Shown: in pieces, positions 63,207-64,000 of the stretch
Layout of the letters: each line of letters opens with the position of its first letter
How positions within the stretch are numbered: position 1 is the stretch's first letter
NCBI GenBank assembly: GCA_949282555.1
Contig: CASDPK010000005.1
Location: 1 to 64,000 of the forward strand
Direction: 5' to 3'
Length of the DNA stretch: 64,000 nt
From: an uncultured Lentisphaeraceae bacterium
GTDB taxonomy: Bacteria; Verrucomicrobiota; Kiritimatiellia; RFP12; DVOR01
Program-made: the position numbers and the translations under genes
Notes under the pieces: generated by a model
Databases searched by the model: none
What the model saw: only the letters and a program-made list of their open reading frames with translations
What the model was told of the DNA's origin: nothing

Positions 63207-64000
63207 GCGACGTCTGTGTCCCCTTGGATGCCTTCTATGAGGCGGTTTTCCTCACAGATCGGGACTTCCGAGTCGTGGCTTGTAACCTCCGAGCGGTAGA
63301 GCTTTTCCGCGCAACATCAAAAGAATCCCTTGTAGGGCGCCCTCTCGAACGATTTTCGCCGGAAGGAGCTGCGCGGTTGGCGGAAGGCTTTCGGGATCGT
63401 CTCACCAAAGAGCCTTTTGTTGTGGCGGAAAGTCGTGCATTGCGCGATGACGGGACGATATTTGTGGCGGAAGGGGCGGCACATAGAATTGATGAAAATG
63501 CTGTACTCGTCACGGTGCGCGATGTAACGCAACGTGTGGAAACCCTGCATCGAGCCGAAGAGGCCAACGAACGTTTGCGAGCCGTGGATCGTGACCGCAT
63601 GGAATTTGTCTCCAATGTGTCTCACGAGTTAAGAACTCCACTCACCTCCATGTCTTATGCACTCACGAATATGCTTCGTGGCGTCTGCGGCCAACTCCCG
63701 GAGAAAGCGGTAGGCTACTTGGAACGTCTTCAATCCGACGTTCGACGTCTGACAACCACCGTCAATGATATCTTAGATCTCCGACAGATTGAAAACGGAA
63801 CGTTAACGTTACACAAGACCTGCTTACCATTACGACAATTATTGGCCGAGGCCGCTGACGCGCTCTCCGTTCAAGCAGAGGCGAAACGCCAGCAATTGAC
63901 AGTGCTCCAAGGCGAACGAGAGGTCTATGCCTTGGCAGATCGGAATAAAATAGAGCGTGTGTTTTTTAACCTTCTGTCCAATGCGGTGAAGTACACTCCG
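63203..64000 (+). CDS. PAS-domain sensor histidine kinase, 3'-truncated by the window end
   Basis: A PAS region, then the HisKA H-box VSHELRTPLTSM. ATGA overlap with the upstream gene. There is no stop before base 64000. Confidence 0.75.
   Translation, partial: MSDVCVPLDAFYEAVFLTDRDFRVVACNLRAVELFRATSKESLVGRPLERFSPEGAARLAEGFRDRLTKEPFVVAESRALRDDGTIFVAEGAAHRIDENAVLVTVRDVTQRVETLHRAEEANERLRAVDRDRMEFVSNVSHELRTPLTSMSYALTNMLRGVCGQLPEKAVGYLERLQSDVRRLTTTVNDILDLRQIENGTLTLHKTCLPLRQLLAEAADALSVQAEAKRQQLTVLQGEREVYALADRNKIERVFFNLLSNAVKYTP

Overview
The window is high-GC (roughly 63-65%) bacterial chromosome with two conspicuous low-GC accessory stretches, at about 1-4300 and about 21980-25600. Calls rest on the six-frame translations plus my own reading of the DNA. 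Coordinates I placed by hand (repeats, hairpins, tRNA ends) may be off by 1 nt. From 5' to 3':

- 1-3650: the 3' end of an rhs (RHS/YD-repeat) polymorphic-toxin gene whose core motif YYNYRHYNPKDGRWLGRD is readable in frame 2 from base 2. It carries a C-terminal toxin domain and an adjacent two-TM immunity gene. Two orphan rhs C-terminal cassettes follow, one frameshifted and one truncated, each with its own downstream small membrane gene.
- 3754-6924: a secreted hypothetical protein and a large lipoprotein glycoside-hydrolase-like gene.
- 7062-14205, minus strand: a complete V/A-type ATPase operon in the order E, hypothetical, A, B, D, I, K.
- 14400-21970, minus strand: a tightly packed six-gene operon. 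It encodes two paralogous SPFH/band-7 proteins, a repeat-rich lipoprotein, and a DUF2157-like, DUF4401-like and GDYXXLXY-domain trio. The GDYXXLXY protein has an unusual ~320-aa C-terminal extension.
- About 21980-25600: a low-GC island of small lipoprotein and membrane genes, including a tandem paralog pair.
- 25611-31364: a GH3 beta-glycosidase, a YmdB-type phosphoesterase and a DinG-like helicase.
- 31376-47480: a glutamine-centred cluster. gltB-gltD (minus) diverge from glnA type III, purF-like, carA, pyrG, carB (plus), with overlapping starts.
- 47545-56825: a Cys-type sulfatase, tRNA-Ser(TGA) with a bidirectional terminator, secDF-yajC, nadA, tsaE, an Nfu-like gene, a trmJ-like gene, an M42 peptidase and a low-GC orphan lipoprotein.
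- 57188-64000: a translationally coupled chain folP-cdaA-cdaR-GldG-like-DUF4340-like-PAS histidine kinase (the kinase is 3'-truncated by the window end).

I found no CRISPR array, transposase, integrase or rRNA. Many long ORFs in the track are antisense artefacts of high-GC genes. A 15-nt motif, GAGAGGCTCCGTATC, recurs with its reverse complement at two intergenic loci. The most system-like unexplained unit is the SPFH/DUF2157/DUF4401/GDYXXLXY operon. Taxonomic affinity, possibly PVC-group-like, is inference only.
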